DNA of 15,642 nucleotides from assembly GCA_965662365.1 (NCBI GenBank), contig CBFIHR010000093.1, positions 1 through 15,642 on the forward strand, read 5' to 3'. The stretch's first letter is position 1. The number at the start of each line of letters is the position of its first letter. This document shows, piece after piece, positions 1 to 8,406 of this stretch. The translations under genes and the position numbers were made by a program. The notes beneath the pieces were generated by a model. That model saw only the letters and a list, made by a program, of their open reading frames with translations, was not told the origin of the DNA and did not search any database. The DNA is from Saprospiraceae bacterium. Lineage in GTDB: Bacteria > Bacteroidota > Bacteroidia > Chitinophagales > Saprospiraceae.

Positions 1-158
1 CAAAAACAAGTAGAAATTAGTAGGTATTAAAAGTAAGTAAGAAAATGATTGAAAAGGTCATTAGTCAAATGTTTGCAAAGTTATCAGTATATAAACTACA
101 AAAAATCTAACCAATACAAAGTCGATACAAAGATATAGTGCGATAAGCACAGAAAATC

Positions 159-267
159 TTAAGGTGGCTATAGCGAGGAGGATCACCTCTATCCATTCCG
201 AACAGAGCAGTTAAGCTCCTCAGCGCCGATGGTACTATTACTGATGGGAGAGTAGGTCGCCGCCTTT
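159..267 (+). rRNA. rrf: 5S ribosomal RNA, marking the 3' end of an rRNA operon
   Basis: The sequence ggtggctatagcgaggagg...ccattccgaacagagcagttaagc...gccgatggtact...gggagagtaggtcgccgcc follows the canonical bacterial 5S pattern. The 5' aaggtggc pairs with the 3' gccgcctt to form helix I. Mature ends are approximate to within a few nt. Confidence 0.85.
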
Positions 268-286
268 TAAATTTTTAAGACAACAA

Positions 287-318
287 GCATCTAAGTTTTA
301 CTTAGGTGCTTTTGTCGT
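287..318 (+). terminator. Putative rho-independent terminator of the rRNA operon
   Basis: Hairpin gcatctaag / tttta / cttaggtgc with a 9-bp stem containing one G-U pair, followed by ttttgtcgttt. A second weaker hairpin cttcaaaa-acc-ttttgaag lies at about 341-362. Confidence 0.45.
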
Positions 319-627
319 TTAGGGAAGAGCCTAATAATCAACTTCAAAAACCTTTTGAAGATTCGCTCGATTGATTGACTTTTTTAGAATACATTAGAAT
401 ATCAGAAAGTCAGAAAATACAAACAGCAAATCATCATCCATATCTTGACGCTCTATACATAGGAAATATGGAGGCATCTTACACAAATACTAATATCTTT
501 AACCTTGATTTATCTAAATCCTTGAATAGAAAAACCTTGAAATCTAATTGATAATTTCGTTTTCAAACCAAAATTATTCGTTTATGATCTATAAAAAGAT
601 ATAAAAAATAATGAATACTAAAATGAA

Positions 628-660
628 CTTTAAAAAGCCAAATAACGTTTCTATCTTTGC
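628..660 (+). promoter_or_regulatory. Candidate sigma-A promoter for ssrA, Bacteroidota-type -7 box TATCTTTG
   Basis: TATCTTTG at 652-659 matches the TAnnTTTG -7 consensus described for Bacteroidetes. It sits about 68 nt upstream of the mature tmRNA 5' end, compatible with a processed precursor. No clean TTTG -33 element was found, so the call is weak. Confidence 0.25.
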
Positions 661-726
661 ACATCTTTTAAAACAGAATTTACAAAAGTGTAAATCTATA
701 TAGAGATCATGTAATGATTAAAAAAT

Positions 727-1104
727 GGGGTTGAATGGTATCGACAGGAAAGCAGCAGGTTAGTAAGCACGTCGGGCGATGATAGTATCAGCTCGTCATC
801 AATGTCTATCAAACACTTTATAAATGGCACTAACTCACGTTATGCTATGGCAGCGTAGTAGAATCCTACTATAATGCTTTTGTGCCGTGCGCTTGACGCC
901 TAATACACAGCGTATCGCACATCAAACACTTTTAGGCTATTCGGGTAGCTGGTCTCGACTACTTCGGAGAAATTTAGAGAATAAGGTAATCGTTCGGGTT
1001 GGTTACAGCACCTATCTATTACTCGAAAATCAAAGCAGTGACTAAACGTGTAGAAGGCTCTCAGGCACTTTGTCTGGACCAGAGTTCGAATCTCTGCAAC
1101 TCCA
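727..1104 (+). ncRNA. ssrA: tmRNA (transfer-messenger RNA, SsrA)
   Basis: The 5' end ggggttgaatggtatcgacagg pairs with the 3' end caactcc+a to give a 7-bp acceptor stem with the hallmark G3:U70 wobble. The T-arm gagttcgaatctc lies just before the 3' end. An internal tag reading frame GGC ACT AAC TCA CGT TAT GCT ATG GCA GCG TAG TAG (826-861) encodes GTNSRYAMAA with a double stop. Total length is about 378 nt. CCA is not encoded. Confidence 0.85.
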
Positions 1105-1283
1105 CAATTTTTAAATTATTTCTTAAAACGTCATTTTACGAATTATGTAAAATGGCGTTTTTCATTTTAGCAGGTACTACTTTTTGTTTGGATTTTGTTT
1201 GGTAAACAAAAGGTAGAAAGACGAAAAAGTTGAAGAATTTTCAACATACAAATTTTTTTATGATTACTATAGGCTGAAAATAA

Positions 1284-1310
1284 AAAACCGCTTCTAAAGA
1301 AGCGGTTAGT
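1284..1310. terminator. Stem-loop terminator, probably bidirectional, downstream of ssrA
   Basis: aaccgcttc-taaa-gaagcggtt forms a perfect 9-bp stem. An A-run precedes it on the + strand, which reads as a T-run after the stem on the - strand. It lies 180 nt after ssrA and 320 nt after the stop of the minus-strand lipoprotein gene. Confidence 0.4.
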
Positions 1311-1632
1311 AAGCATCAATTGCTTGAATACAAAACCTAATTATTGAGCTCTTGTTAAACTCGTAGTATTTTAATTATGATTTAACATAAGATTAGTAAC
1401 ATTAACTGACATTTAATTTAAAGGACTATTATTTATAATCCATTACAAATATAAAATAAAAGCATATTGAAATTATTTTCAATATGTAAATGTGTGACAT
1501 TTTTTTATTAAGAATCCAAAAACTATATAAATAATAAATAATTGAAAAACAAAGAGTTATATTAATTAATCAAATTAATACCAATTAAATATATTAGAGA
1601 ATTGTTACAAAAATTATAAAACATAATTAAAA

Positions 1633-2322
1633 CTACATGACACAATCTCTTAAATCCATAATAGTGAGCCACCATTGACCATCCTCATCTGTAAGGTAAA
1701 AAGTATAAGTGACGTCACCATCACCAATAAAAACGGTCTTTGTTACCTCATTTTGTATCTCCCCTAATTTTACCAACTCATCAGATTCAATATCTTCTTC
1801 ATCTCTTGCTATATTCATCGTATAAACATCCGTTAGCAATTTTACATCAGCTTCATTACGATCCACAAAAAAACCTTCTTTCTCAAATCCGCAAGCTTCT
1901 ACACCAAATAAATCTTCGGTAATCACTTCCATTTCCTTAGCGTTCACATTATTGAAATAATCTAATAAATATTTCATAGGATTAATCTCATATTCGTTTG
2001 CTCCTTCACTATCTGCTATCATTTTTCCGGCGTGATAATAATGAATACACTGACTGTAAGCTCCTTGAGTCGATTGAACGTAATACAATCCTTTATCTTG
2101 ATTAATATATTTATTTAAGGTCGTTGTATCTTGATTTTTGAAGGCTTTTACCAGCTCTTTCACTGCTATCTCTATCGTATTAGAGGCTTCAGTCGCAACA
2201 CTTCTACTATTTAACTCCTGTTGTTGTTTTTCTTGTTGTTGTTGAACTTCTTCGGTTTCTGTTGATTTACAACCAACAAATCCGAGCGTAAAAATCGCTA
2301 AGGCGAAAAATAAGGTTCTCAT
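1633..2322 (-). CDS. Hypothetical lipoprotein, 229 aa
   Basis: ATG start. The N-terminus MRTLFFALAIFTLGFVGC carries a signal peptide with a lipobox-like Cys. A Gln/Glu-rich linker (EEVQQQQEKQQQELN) follows. No recognisable catalytic motif. Confidence 0.6.
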   Translation of the reverse strand: MRTLFFALAIFTLGFVGCKSTETEEVQQQQEKQQQELNSRSVATEASNTIEIAVKELVKAFKNQDTTTLNKYINQDKGLYYVQSTQGAYSQCIHYYHAGKMIADSEGANEYEINPMKYLLDYFNNVNAKEMEVITEDLFGVEACGFEKEGFFVDRNEADVKLLTDVYTMNIARDEEDIESDELVKLGEIQNEVTKTVFIGDGDVTYTFYLTDEDGQWWLTIMDLRDCVM

Positions 2323-2428
2323 TTGATTAATTAATTTCTACTGATGAATAAAATTATTTACTATACGTAAGTTACAATTTGCTATTGGAAAACGGAACTA
2401 ATTGTCATCAAATTTTCAGCAAAAAAAA

Positions 2429-2968
2429 TTATTCTGCTTTCAATTGATAAATCATTGGATAATTTCGCCCTAAGTTATCATAATCCAAACCGTAGCCGAC
2501 AACGAACTTATTTTCGATCTCAAAACCAATATAATTGGCTTTCAAATCTACGGTTAAGGCTTCTGTCTTTTGTAACAAGGTACAAATCGCAATAGACTTA
2601 GGTCGCAGTTTTTCTAATTCAGGTATCAACGCAAACAAAGTTTTGCCAGTATCTACAATATCTTCCAGAATGATCACCGATCGATTTTCAATATTTTCAT
2701 TTAGTCCGATAATGGTTTTAATATCTCCGGTAGTTTTCATTCCGTCGTAAGACGATAATTTGATGAAATGGACTTCACAAGCAAAATCAAAATGCTTTAT
2801 CAAATCCGAAGCGAACATAAACGCACCATTCAAAACCACCAAAAAAATCGGATTTTCTATTCGGTAGATTTTCGTAATTTCTTTTCCTAATTCGTCGATT
2901 CGTGCTGCGATTTTTTGGTCAGAAATATACGCTTCAAATATTTTATCGTGAATTTTTATCGGATTCAT
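2429..2968 (-). CDS. hpt: Hypoxanthine(-guanine) phosphoribosyltransferase
   Basis: 179 aa. PRPP-binding motif VIILEDIVDTGKTL. Overall HGPRT-like layout (IKHFDFACEVHFIKLSSY, GDIKTI). ATG start. Confidence 0.88.
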   Translation of the reverse strand: MNPIKIHDKIFEAYISDQKIAARIDELGKEITKIYRIENPIFLVVLNGAFMFASDLIKHFDFACEVHFIKLSSYDGMKTTGDIKTIIGLNENIENRSVIILEDIVDTGKTLFALIPELEKLRPKSIAICTLLQKTEALTVDLKANYIGFEIENKFVVGYGLDYDNLGRNYPMIYQLKAE

Positions 2969-3283
2969 AACTGTTTTATTTCTTAGATTTGAAAAAGTAC
3001 TAACATACGAACTTTGGTTCTGTTTTACATCATTTCGGTTTTATCAAACCGTTTTATTTAGACAATCATTATTTAAAAACGGTATATAAAAACGAATATA
3101 TTAAAAGATAAATAGCTCAAAATCGAATTAGACGGAGGAAAGTTTTTTACCAAATAATAATTTTTATAAAAATAGCAGCGAGGTAATTTCATTACAAGAA
3201 GTTATCTCGTTTTCTTTTGTCCAAAATTTTCTGCTAATTTCGCAGTTGCGAATTACTAACAAAACTAATTACTAATAAAACTA

Positions 3284-4168
3284 ATGAAAAGCTACAATCC
3301 AAAAGATTTACCAACACCACAATTACATCAGTATTTGGTAGGGTCCGTTGCACCTCGACCGATTGCCTTCGCCAGTACCGTTGACGAAAATGGTCATCCG
3401 AACTTAGCACCGTACAGCTTTTTCAATGTCTTTAGTTCAAATCCGCCAATTATGGTCTTTTCATCAAATCGAAAAGTATCGGATAACACCACAAAAGACA
3501 CGTTGCATAATATTGAAAAAACAGGGGAAGTTGTTATTAACGTTGTTCCACACGAAATCGTCCGTCAGATGGCAGTTGCTTCTGTCGGATTTTCTGCTGA
3601 TGTCAATGAATTTGAAAAATCTGGCTTAACGCCAATTGCATCAGATATTATTAAACCGTTTCGAGTCAAAGAATCGCCCGTACAGTTTGAATGTGTGGTA
3701 AAAGAAATTTTACCCTTAGGCAATGAAGGCGGAGCAGGGCATTTAATTATTTGTGAAATTGTCAGATTGCATTTGGCAGAACATATTTTTGATGAAGAAG
3801 GGCGAATTGATCCACAAAAAATCAATTTAGTTGGTCGTTTAGGTCGAGCATTTTATACGAAAGCCAGTGGTAACGCTGTCTTCAAAGTGTTTCAGCCGGT
3901 TCCTAAATTAGTTGTCGGTTATGATGCCTTACCCGAACATATTAAAAATAGCGAAGTCTTAACTGGCAATAACTTAGGTCAGTTGGCTGGTTTGTTTGAA
4001 ATGCCAAATATTGATGATGCAAAGGAACTATTACAACAGCCAGCGATCCAAAAAATACGGTTAGCCGAGAATAAAATTGACGTTCTCCATCATTTGGCGA
4101 AAGCCGAACTCGATAAAGACAATACAATTTATGCTGCGAAGCTCCTATTATTAGAACATTTTTTATAA
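3284..4168 (+). CDS. Flavin reductase-like (FMN-binding split-barrel) family protein with a C-terminal extension
   Basis: 294 aa. The N-terminal 160 aa (VGSVAPRPIAFASTVDENGHPNLAPYSFFNVFSSNPPIMVFS...) match the flavin reductase domain pattern. The C-terminal 130 aa are unassigned. Confidence 0.7.
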   Translation: MKSYNPKDLPTPQLHQYLVGSVAPRPIAFASTVDENGHPNLAPYSFFNVFSSNPPIMVFSSNRKVSDNTTKDTLHNIEKTGEVVINVVPHEIVRQMAVASVGFSADVNEFEKSGLTPIASDIIKPFRVKESPVQFECVVKEILPLGNEGGAGHLIICEIVRLHLAEHIFDEEGRIDPQKINLVGRLGRAFYTKASGNAVFKVFQPVPKLVVGYDALPEHIKNSEVLTGNNLGQLAGLFEMPNIDDAKELLQQPAIQKIRLAENKIDVLHHLAKAELDKDNTIYAAKLLLLEHFL

Positions 4169-4287
4169 AAAATAACGGTTATTGTGAACCAAATTAGGTT
4201 GATTAAAGTTTACATATCGATTTTGAGCAGATTGAAATAACGATTTCAATTTTTTTTAAAAAAATTATAAAAAAAGTGCAAAGGTAC

Positions 4288-4318
4288 TTGCAGATAATAA
4301 AATTCCATATTATCTTTG
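4288..4318 (+). promoter_or_regulatory. Candidate promoter of tRNA-Gln (TTG -33 element, TATCTTTG -7 box)
   Basis: TTG at 4288-4290 and TATCTTTG at 4311-4318 with a 20-nt spacer. The -7 box matches the Bacteroidetes TAnnTTTG consensus and lies 30 nt upstream of the tRNA 5' end. Confidence 0.35.
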
Positions 4319-4347
4319 CATCGCTTTTTAAGGAAAGCAACCATGTT

Positions 4348-4420
4348 TGGCCCATGGTGTAACTGGCAACACGTCTGGTTTTGGTCCAGAAGAGTCTAGG
4401 TTCGAGCCCTAGTGGGCCAA
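4348..4420 (+). tRNA. tRNA-Gln, anticodon TTG
   Basis: Cloverleaf folded by hand. Acceptor tggccca/tgggcca with U1:A72, then U8. D-stem gtgt/acac. Anticodon stem tctgg/ccaga with loop ttTTGgt (U33, anticodon TTG at 4381-4383). T-stem ctagg/cctag with loop ttcgagc. Discriminator A. 73 nt. CCA not encoded. Confidence 0.85.
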
Positions 4421-4426
4421 CAAAAA

Positions 4427-4455
4427 GCCCTCACAATTTGTGAGGGCTTTTGTTA
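4427..4455 (+). terminator. Rho-independent terminator after tRNA-Gln
   Basis: gccctcaca-att-tgtgagggc forms a perfect 9-bp GC-rich stem, followed by ttttgttatttt. Confidence 0.6.
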
Positions 4456-4519
4456 TTTTAGGAGGTTTTTTCTCAAATTCTAAATCATATCAATCCTAAT
4501 CAACCTTTAAAATCTTTCA

Positions 4520-4551
4520 TTGTTAATTCATTAAAATTCCTTTTATCTTTG
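4520..4551 (+). promoter_or_regulatory. Candidate promoter of the ABC transporter operon (TTG ... TATCTTTG)
   Basis: TATCTTTG at 4544-4551 with TTG at 4520-4522 and a 21-nt spacer. It lies about 80 nt upstream of the ATG at 4630. Confidence 0.3.
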
Positions 4552-4629
4552 TTTGTGTACAATAAATCTATAAAGTTTTCTTGAGGTTTTGGGACAGATA
4601 AAACCTTATAGGTTTCACAATCTATAAAA

Positions 4630-5262
4630 ATGCTAATTACAAAAAACGTATCTTATTCATATCAATCATCAAGTGATGTGTTGACATTCCCGGATATCAA
4701 CTGCAAAAGTGGCGAACATTGGCTGCTTTTGGGGCAGTCAGGAAGTGGAAAAACGACTTTATTGCACCTGCTGGGTGGCTTGTTGCGACCTAAAAATGGT
4801 TCAATTCAAATAGGTGATACTGAAATTCAACAATTGGCTTCCGCCAAATTAGATCAATTTCGAGGTAAGAATATTGGAATTATTTTTCAAAAACCGCACT
4901 TTGTCGGAGCATTGACGGTAGAGCAGAATCTACAAATTGCTCAATATTTGGCGAATGAGGCACAGGACAAAAGTCGGATTCAGTCACTTTTAGACAGCTT
5001 AAATTTAGGCCACAAGCTAAAATCTAAAACGAGTGAATTGAGTGAAGGAGAAAAACAACGGGTTTCTATTGCACGGGCTTTGATTAATAAACCGGAGGTT
5101 ATTTTGGCAGACGAGCCGACTTCGGCACTTGATGACGATAATTGCACGGAAGTGTTAAAACTATTGGAAACGCAGGCTAAAGAGCAAAACGCTATTTTGC
5201 TTATCGTGACACATGACACACGCTTGAAAGATCATTTTGAAAATCAAATAAATTTAGTTTAA
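4630..5262 (+). CDS. ABC transporter ATP-binding protein (FtsE/LolD/MacB-ATPase class)
   Basis: 210 aa. Walker A GQSGSGKTT, ABC signature LSEGEKQRVSIARAL, Walker B ILADEPTSALD, H-loop THD. Confidence 0.88.
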   Translation: MLITKNVSYSYQSSSDVLTFPDINCKSGEHWLLLGQSGSGKTTLLHLLGGLLRPKNGSIQIGDTEIQQLASAKLDQFRGKNIGIIFQKPHFVGALTVEQNLQIAQYLANEAQDKSRIQSLLDSLNLGHKLKSKTSELSEGEKQRVSIARALINKPEVILADEPTSALDDDNCTEVLKLLETQAKEQNAILLIVTHDTRLKDHFENQINLV

Positions 5263-5325
5263 GTGCTTGTGGTTCGTAGGAACTACTTGGATTTCTAAAC
5301 TATTTAAACTGCTTAAACTCGAAGA

Positions 5326-6522
5326 ATGAACATTCTATCATTAAGTTGGAAAAATATAATTAGTAAACCGTTATCAATGTTATTGAGTTTGTTACTCTTG
5401 GCATTGGGGACTGGTCTAATTTCGATTTTGCTTTTAATTACGACACAAGTTGAAGACAAGTTTGATAAAAATCAAGCCGGTGTTGATTTGATTATTGGAG
5501 CAAAAGGAAGTCCGTTGCAATTGGTTTTATCGTCGATGTATCATATTGATAATCCGACTGGAAATATTAATCTGAATGAGTTTCAAGAATTTATGTCGCA
5601 GCCGATGGCTCGTCGATATATCAAGCAGGTCATTCCTGTTTCGTCGGGTGATAGTCATATGGGGCATCGAATCGTAGGAACAACGCATGCCTATCCGACC
5701 TTGTATAAGGCAGAATTGGCAAACGGAAAACTTTGGGATAAAAAGTATGAAGTCACTATTGGAAGTGTTGTCGCAGAGCGTTTGGAGATGAAGGTTGGTG
5801 ATGTATTTTATTCGGCTCATGGTGTCGGCGGTGAAGGTGATATGCACGAAGATAAGCCGTTGAAAGTCGTTGGCGTTTTAAAACCGACGGGTTCTGTGAT
5901 TGATCAATTATTACTGACTGGTTCTGAAACGGTTTGGGGCGTTCATGAGATGGAAGGCGAACCGATTGACTCGGCAAGTCGGGAAGTAACTTCGATGTTA
6001 GTCTTTTGTCGTAATAAATTTGGTGTGTTGACAATTCCGAATTTGATTAATAAACAGACCAAAATGATGGCGACTTCGCCTGCTATGCAAACGGCTCGTT
6101 TGTACGAATTGACGGGTAACGGAATTGATGTGCTACGAATTTTAGCGATTATTATTATCTCGGTTTCGGGATTGAGCATTTTTATTTCGCTGTTCAATTC
6201 CTTGAAAGAACGACAATACGAACTGGCGTTAATGCGAGTAATGGGGGCTACACCTTTGCGGTTATTCTTTTTGGTAATTTTGGAAGGTGTAATTTTGGCG
6301 ATTCTGGGTTATTTAATCGGTATTGGCTTGAGTCACTTCGCAATGTATCTATTAGAAGGTTCGTTAGAAGAAAGTTATCAGTACGATTTTTCCAGCTCGT
6401 TATTCTTAGTAGAAGAATGGTACTTATTAGGCGGAGCGATTGCCTTGGGGTTTGTGGCGGCTCTTATTCCTGCAATTCGTGCATCAAGAACGGATATTTC
6501 TACGACTTTGACGAGAGGTTAG
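5326..6522 (+). CDS. ABC transporter permease, FtsX/MacB-like fold
   Basis: 398 aa. N-terminal TM helix, about 220-aa periplasmic domain, then three C-terminal TM helices with the FtsX-like segment ELALMRVMGATPLRLFFLVILEG. A 63-nt gap separates it from the upstream ATPase on the same strand. Confidence 0.8.
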   Translation: MNILSLSWKNIISKPLSMLLSLLLLALGTGLISILLLITTQVEDKFDKNQAGVDLIIGAKGSPLQLVLSSMYHIDNPTGNINLNEFQEFMSQPMARRYIKQVIPVSSGDSHMGHRIVGTTHAYPTLYKAELANGKLWDKKYEVTIGSVVAERLEMKVGDVFYSAHGVGGEGDMHEDKPLKVVGVLKPTGSVIDQLLLTGSETVWGVHEMEGEPIDSASREVTSMLVFCRNKFGVLTIPNLINKQTKMMATSPAMQTARLYELTGNGIDVLRILAIIIISVSGLSIFISLFNSLKERQYELALMRVMGATPLRLFFLVILEGVILAILGYLIGIGLSHFAMYLLEGSLEESYQYDFSSSLFLVEEWYLLGGAIALGFVAALIPAIRASRTDISTTLTRG

Positions 6523-6577
6523 AACAGACTTAACAGGTTTTTTGGAATCTGTCAGGTCTTTACATAATAATAGATTT

Positions 6578-7051
6578 ATGATAAATAAAATATTGAAAAT
6601 CAGTTTATTGTTGGTTGGTGTTTTAGTTTTTTCGAGTGCTACTTTACCTGTAGAAAAAAATCCTGGTTTAAGGGGAATTTGGAAAACATTAAGCAAAGTA
6701 ACGTTCAAAAGCGAAAAAGATCCAACTTTCGGTTATCCGATTGATGTACCGATTTTTAGTAAAGAAGTAAAGGCTTTGGCAGGGAAAACCGTCGAAGTCG
6801 AAGGCTATATTATTCCCGTTGAAGGCTATCAGCGACAAGGTTATTTTGTTTTTTCGGCTTATCCGTACAATTTGTGTTACTTCTGCGGTGGAGCTGGTCC
6901 AGAAACAGTGATGGAGGTGTTTACAAAAAAGGGAACAACCGTAAAATACACGGCAAAACCTATTACTATCAAAGGTAAATTGGTGTTGAATTCTAAAGAT
7001 GTGAATAAATTGATGTATTTGTTAGAAGATGCCGTTTTAGTAGAAAAGTAA
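6578..7051 (+). CDS. Small secreted protein with a conserved Cys pair, possibly the DUF3299-type partner of MacB-like ABC systems
   Basis: The track ORF starts at a TTG at 6542. The ATG at 6578 gives MINKILKISLLLVGVLVFSSA, a clean signal peptide, so that start is preferred. The mature part is about 135 aa with YPYNLCYFCGG. The DUF3299 assignment is from memory of gene-neighbourhood patterns, not from a search. Confidence 0.55.
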   Translation: MINKILKISLLLVGVLVFSSATLPVEKNPGLRGIWKTLSKVTFKSEKDPTFGYPIDVPIFSKEVKALAGKTVEVEGYIIPVEGYQRQGYFVFSAYPYNLCYFCGGAGPETVMEVFTKKGTTVKYTAKPITIKGKLVLNSKDVNKLMYLLEDAVLVEK

Positions 7052-7077
7052 CCTTAAGTTACATTTGGTCATAAACG

Positions 7078-7118
7078 AAAAATCCATCATTCTCAAAACT
7101 GAAAATGATGGATTTTTA
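7078..7118. terminator. Bidirectional terminator between convergent genes
   Basis: aaatccatcatt-ctcaaaactga-aaatgatggattt forms a 12-bp perfect stem, flanked by an A-run upstream and a T-run downstream. Confidence 0.5.
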
Positions 7119-7148
7119 TTTCACACCAATTTGGAGGTTGATAATACC

Positions 7149-7451
7149 TTATTTTCCAAATAAACTCTGTAGCTTCATAGCAACAGACATATCACCTTCG
7201 ATTTTTAGTTTGCCCATCATCACTGCCATCATCGGGTTCAAATCTCCTGCAATTAGTTTTTGGAAATTTTTAGGAGATATAGTCACGGTGCAGTCTGCCG
7301 GTAAATCTTCATTAGTGACCACATTTTTTTCGCCTCGACTTTCGACGTGTACAACACCTTCTCCTTTTAAGTTTAATTTGATAGATAAATCCATAACAGG
7401 TGCTTCTCCAGCACGAGTTTGTAAAAACGTTGTTAATTCCTGTACGTTCAT
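7149..7451 (-). CDS. SCP2 sterol-binding domain protein
   Basis: 100 aa. A typical SCP-2 C-terminal pattern KLIAGDLNPMMAVMMGKLKIEGDMSVAMKLQSLF. Confidence 0.7.
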   Translation of the reverse strand: MNVQELTTFLQTRAGEAPVMDLSIKLNLKGEGVVHVESRGEKNVVTNEDLPADCTVTISPKNFQKLIAGDLNPMMAVMMGKLKIEGDMSVAMKLQSLFGK

Positions 7452-7637
7452 AGTTTTTTATTGAATAGTTGCTTTTTGTAAAAACAGCAAGATTAAAATA
7501 CTTTTCTTATTTGACAATAAATCTATTCGTTTTGTTCTAATCTTTGGACGAAATGCTTTGAATTATTGGTAAATCAAAGGTATTTATGAGATGAAAAATT
7601 GGAATGCAAAAGAAATGGTTTTTATTTTAATTCGTCA

Positions 7638-8300
7638 TTACGAATCTATCAGAATTCCTTTACGAATCAAGATTTCGGTAATTCCCAGATTCAACGTCCA
7701 ACTTAACCAGCCGTTTATCACATAGACAATTTCAAAATCAACATAAAATGGCAATATTCCAATCAGGAACATCAATAATCGTAAAGTTACCGCAGACAAC
7801 GACAACGCAAAGCTCCGAAACATCCATTTTCCATGTTTAAAAATATTGCCTTTACGAATATAATGATATGCCAAATATGTAAAAGTTATCCACAAAATAC
7901 TCAAAGTTGTAAACGCAATTTGACCCAAAATTCCACCATTTGCATAGAAAGCCATCAACAAGCCTGAAGGTCCACTAACGAACAAAATCACTGCGACATA
8001 AAGTTTACCAATATTTCGATGTGTTTTCGGATATTTTCTTAGAATCGTATTCGAGAATTGCGTCAAGCCAGCCAAAATCACCAAAAAGCTACTACTAATG
8101 TGAATATAAAAAGCAATTTTCCACGGTTTAATGTGTAAAACATCTTGCTTCGTTGTCAAAAAATCAATATTCGTAGGAAAAGGTGGAACGAGATAAGGAT
8201 AACTAATTCGCATCATCAGAACCGCAAACAAGCCTAAAACTATCAATAACATTACTTTGATAGCTGTATTGATTGGCGTTTTTTTAGTTAGAATTTTCAT
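7638..8300 (-). CDS. Polytopic membrane protein, 5-6 TM helices, possibly DUF2306-like
   Basis: 220 aa, highly hydrophobic with multiple predicted helices. The KTHRNIGKLYV motif is reminiscent of DUF2306 membrane proteins. The family call is tentative. Confidence 0.55.
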   Translation of the reverse strand: MKILTKKTPINTAIKVMLLIVLGLFAVLMMRISYPYLVPPFPTNIDFLTTKQDVLHIKPWKIAFYIHISSSFLVILAGLTQFSNTILRKYPKTHRNIGKLYVAVILFVSGPSGLLMAFYANGGILGQIAFTTLSILWITFTYLAYHYIRKGNIFKHGKWMFRSFALSLSAVTLRLLMFLIGILPFYVDFEIVYVINGWLSWTLNLGITEILIRKGILIDS

Positions 8301-8406
8301 GATTTGAATGTTCGAGTGTTTAAATATTCAATTGTTGAACTCGCATTTAGCGAAAGTTATTGTTTCAAAACATTTGAATATTCAAACACCTGAACACTTG
8401 GAGATT

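Noticed and set aside
1-158. Possible 3' end of 23S rRNA ahead of the 5S gene
   Set aside because: The sequence does not resemble the conserved 3' domain of 23S. It reads as AT-rich spacer. The 23S gene presumably ends upstream of the window.
999-1205. 68-aa ORF on the + strand
   Set aside because: It lies almost entirely inside the tmRNA gene (727-1104). The tmRNA structure explains the sequence. No independent support.
1105-1632. Genomic island integrated at the ssrA 3' end
   Set aside because: No integrase gene, no direct repeat of the ssrA 3' segment and no coding capacity in the interval. It is just an AT-rich intergenic region with a terminator hairpin.
1740-4127. Track ORFs 1740-1922(+), 2535-2750(+), 3426-3629(+), 3565-3825(-), 3942-4127(-)
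   Set aside because: All are embedded antisense or out of frame within well-supported genes (lipoprotein, hpt, flavin reductase). Their products are low-complexity with no motifs.
4980-6708. Track ORFs 4980-5219(-), 5527-5847(-), 5756-6034(-), 5943-6197(-), 6484-6708(-)
   Set aside because: They are antisense to the ABC ATPase, the FtsX-like permease and the secreted-protein gene, which carry clear Walker and FtsX motifs on the + strand.
7105-7464. 119-aa + strand ORF
   Set aside because: It overlaps the SCP2 gene on the opposite strand. The SCP2 reading has a clear family signature, while this ORF is hydrophobic junk spanning the bidirectional terminator.
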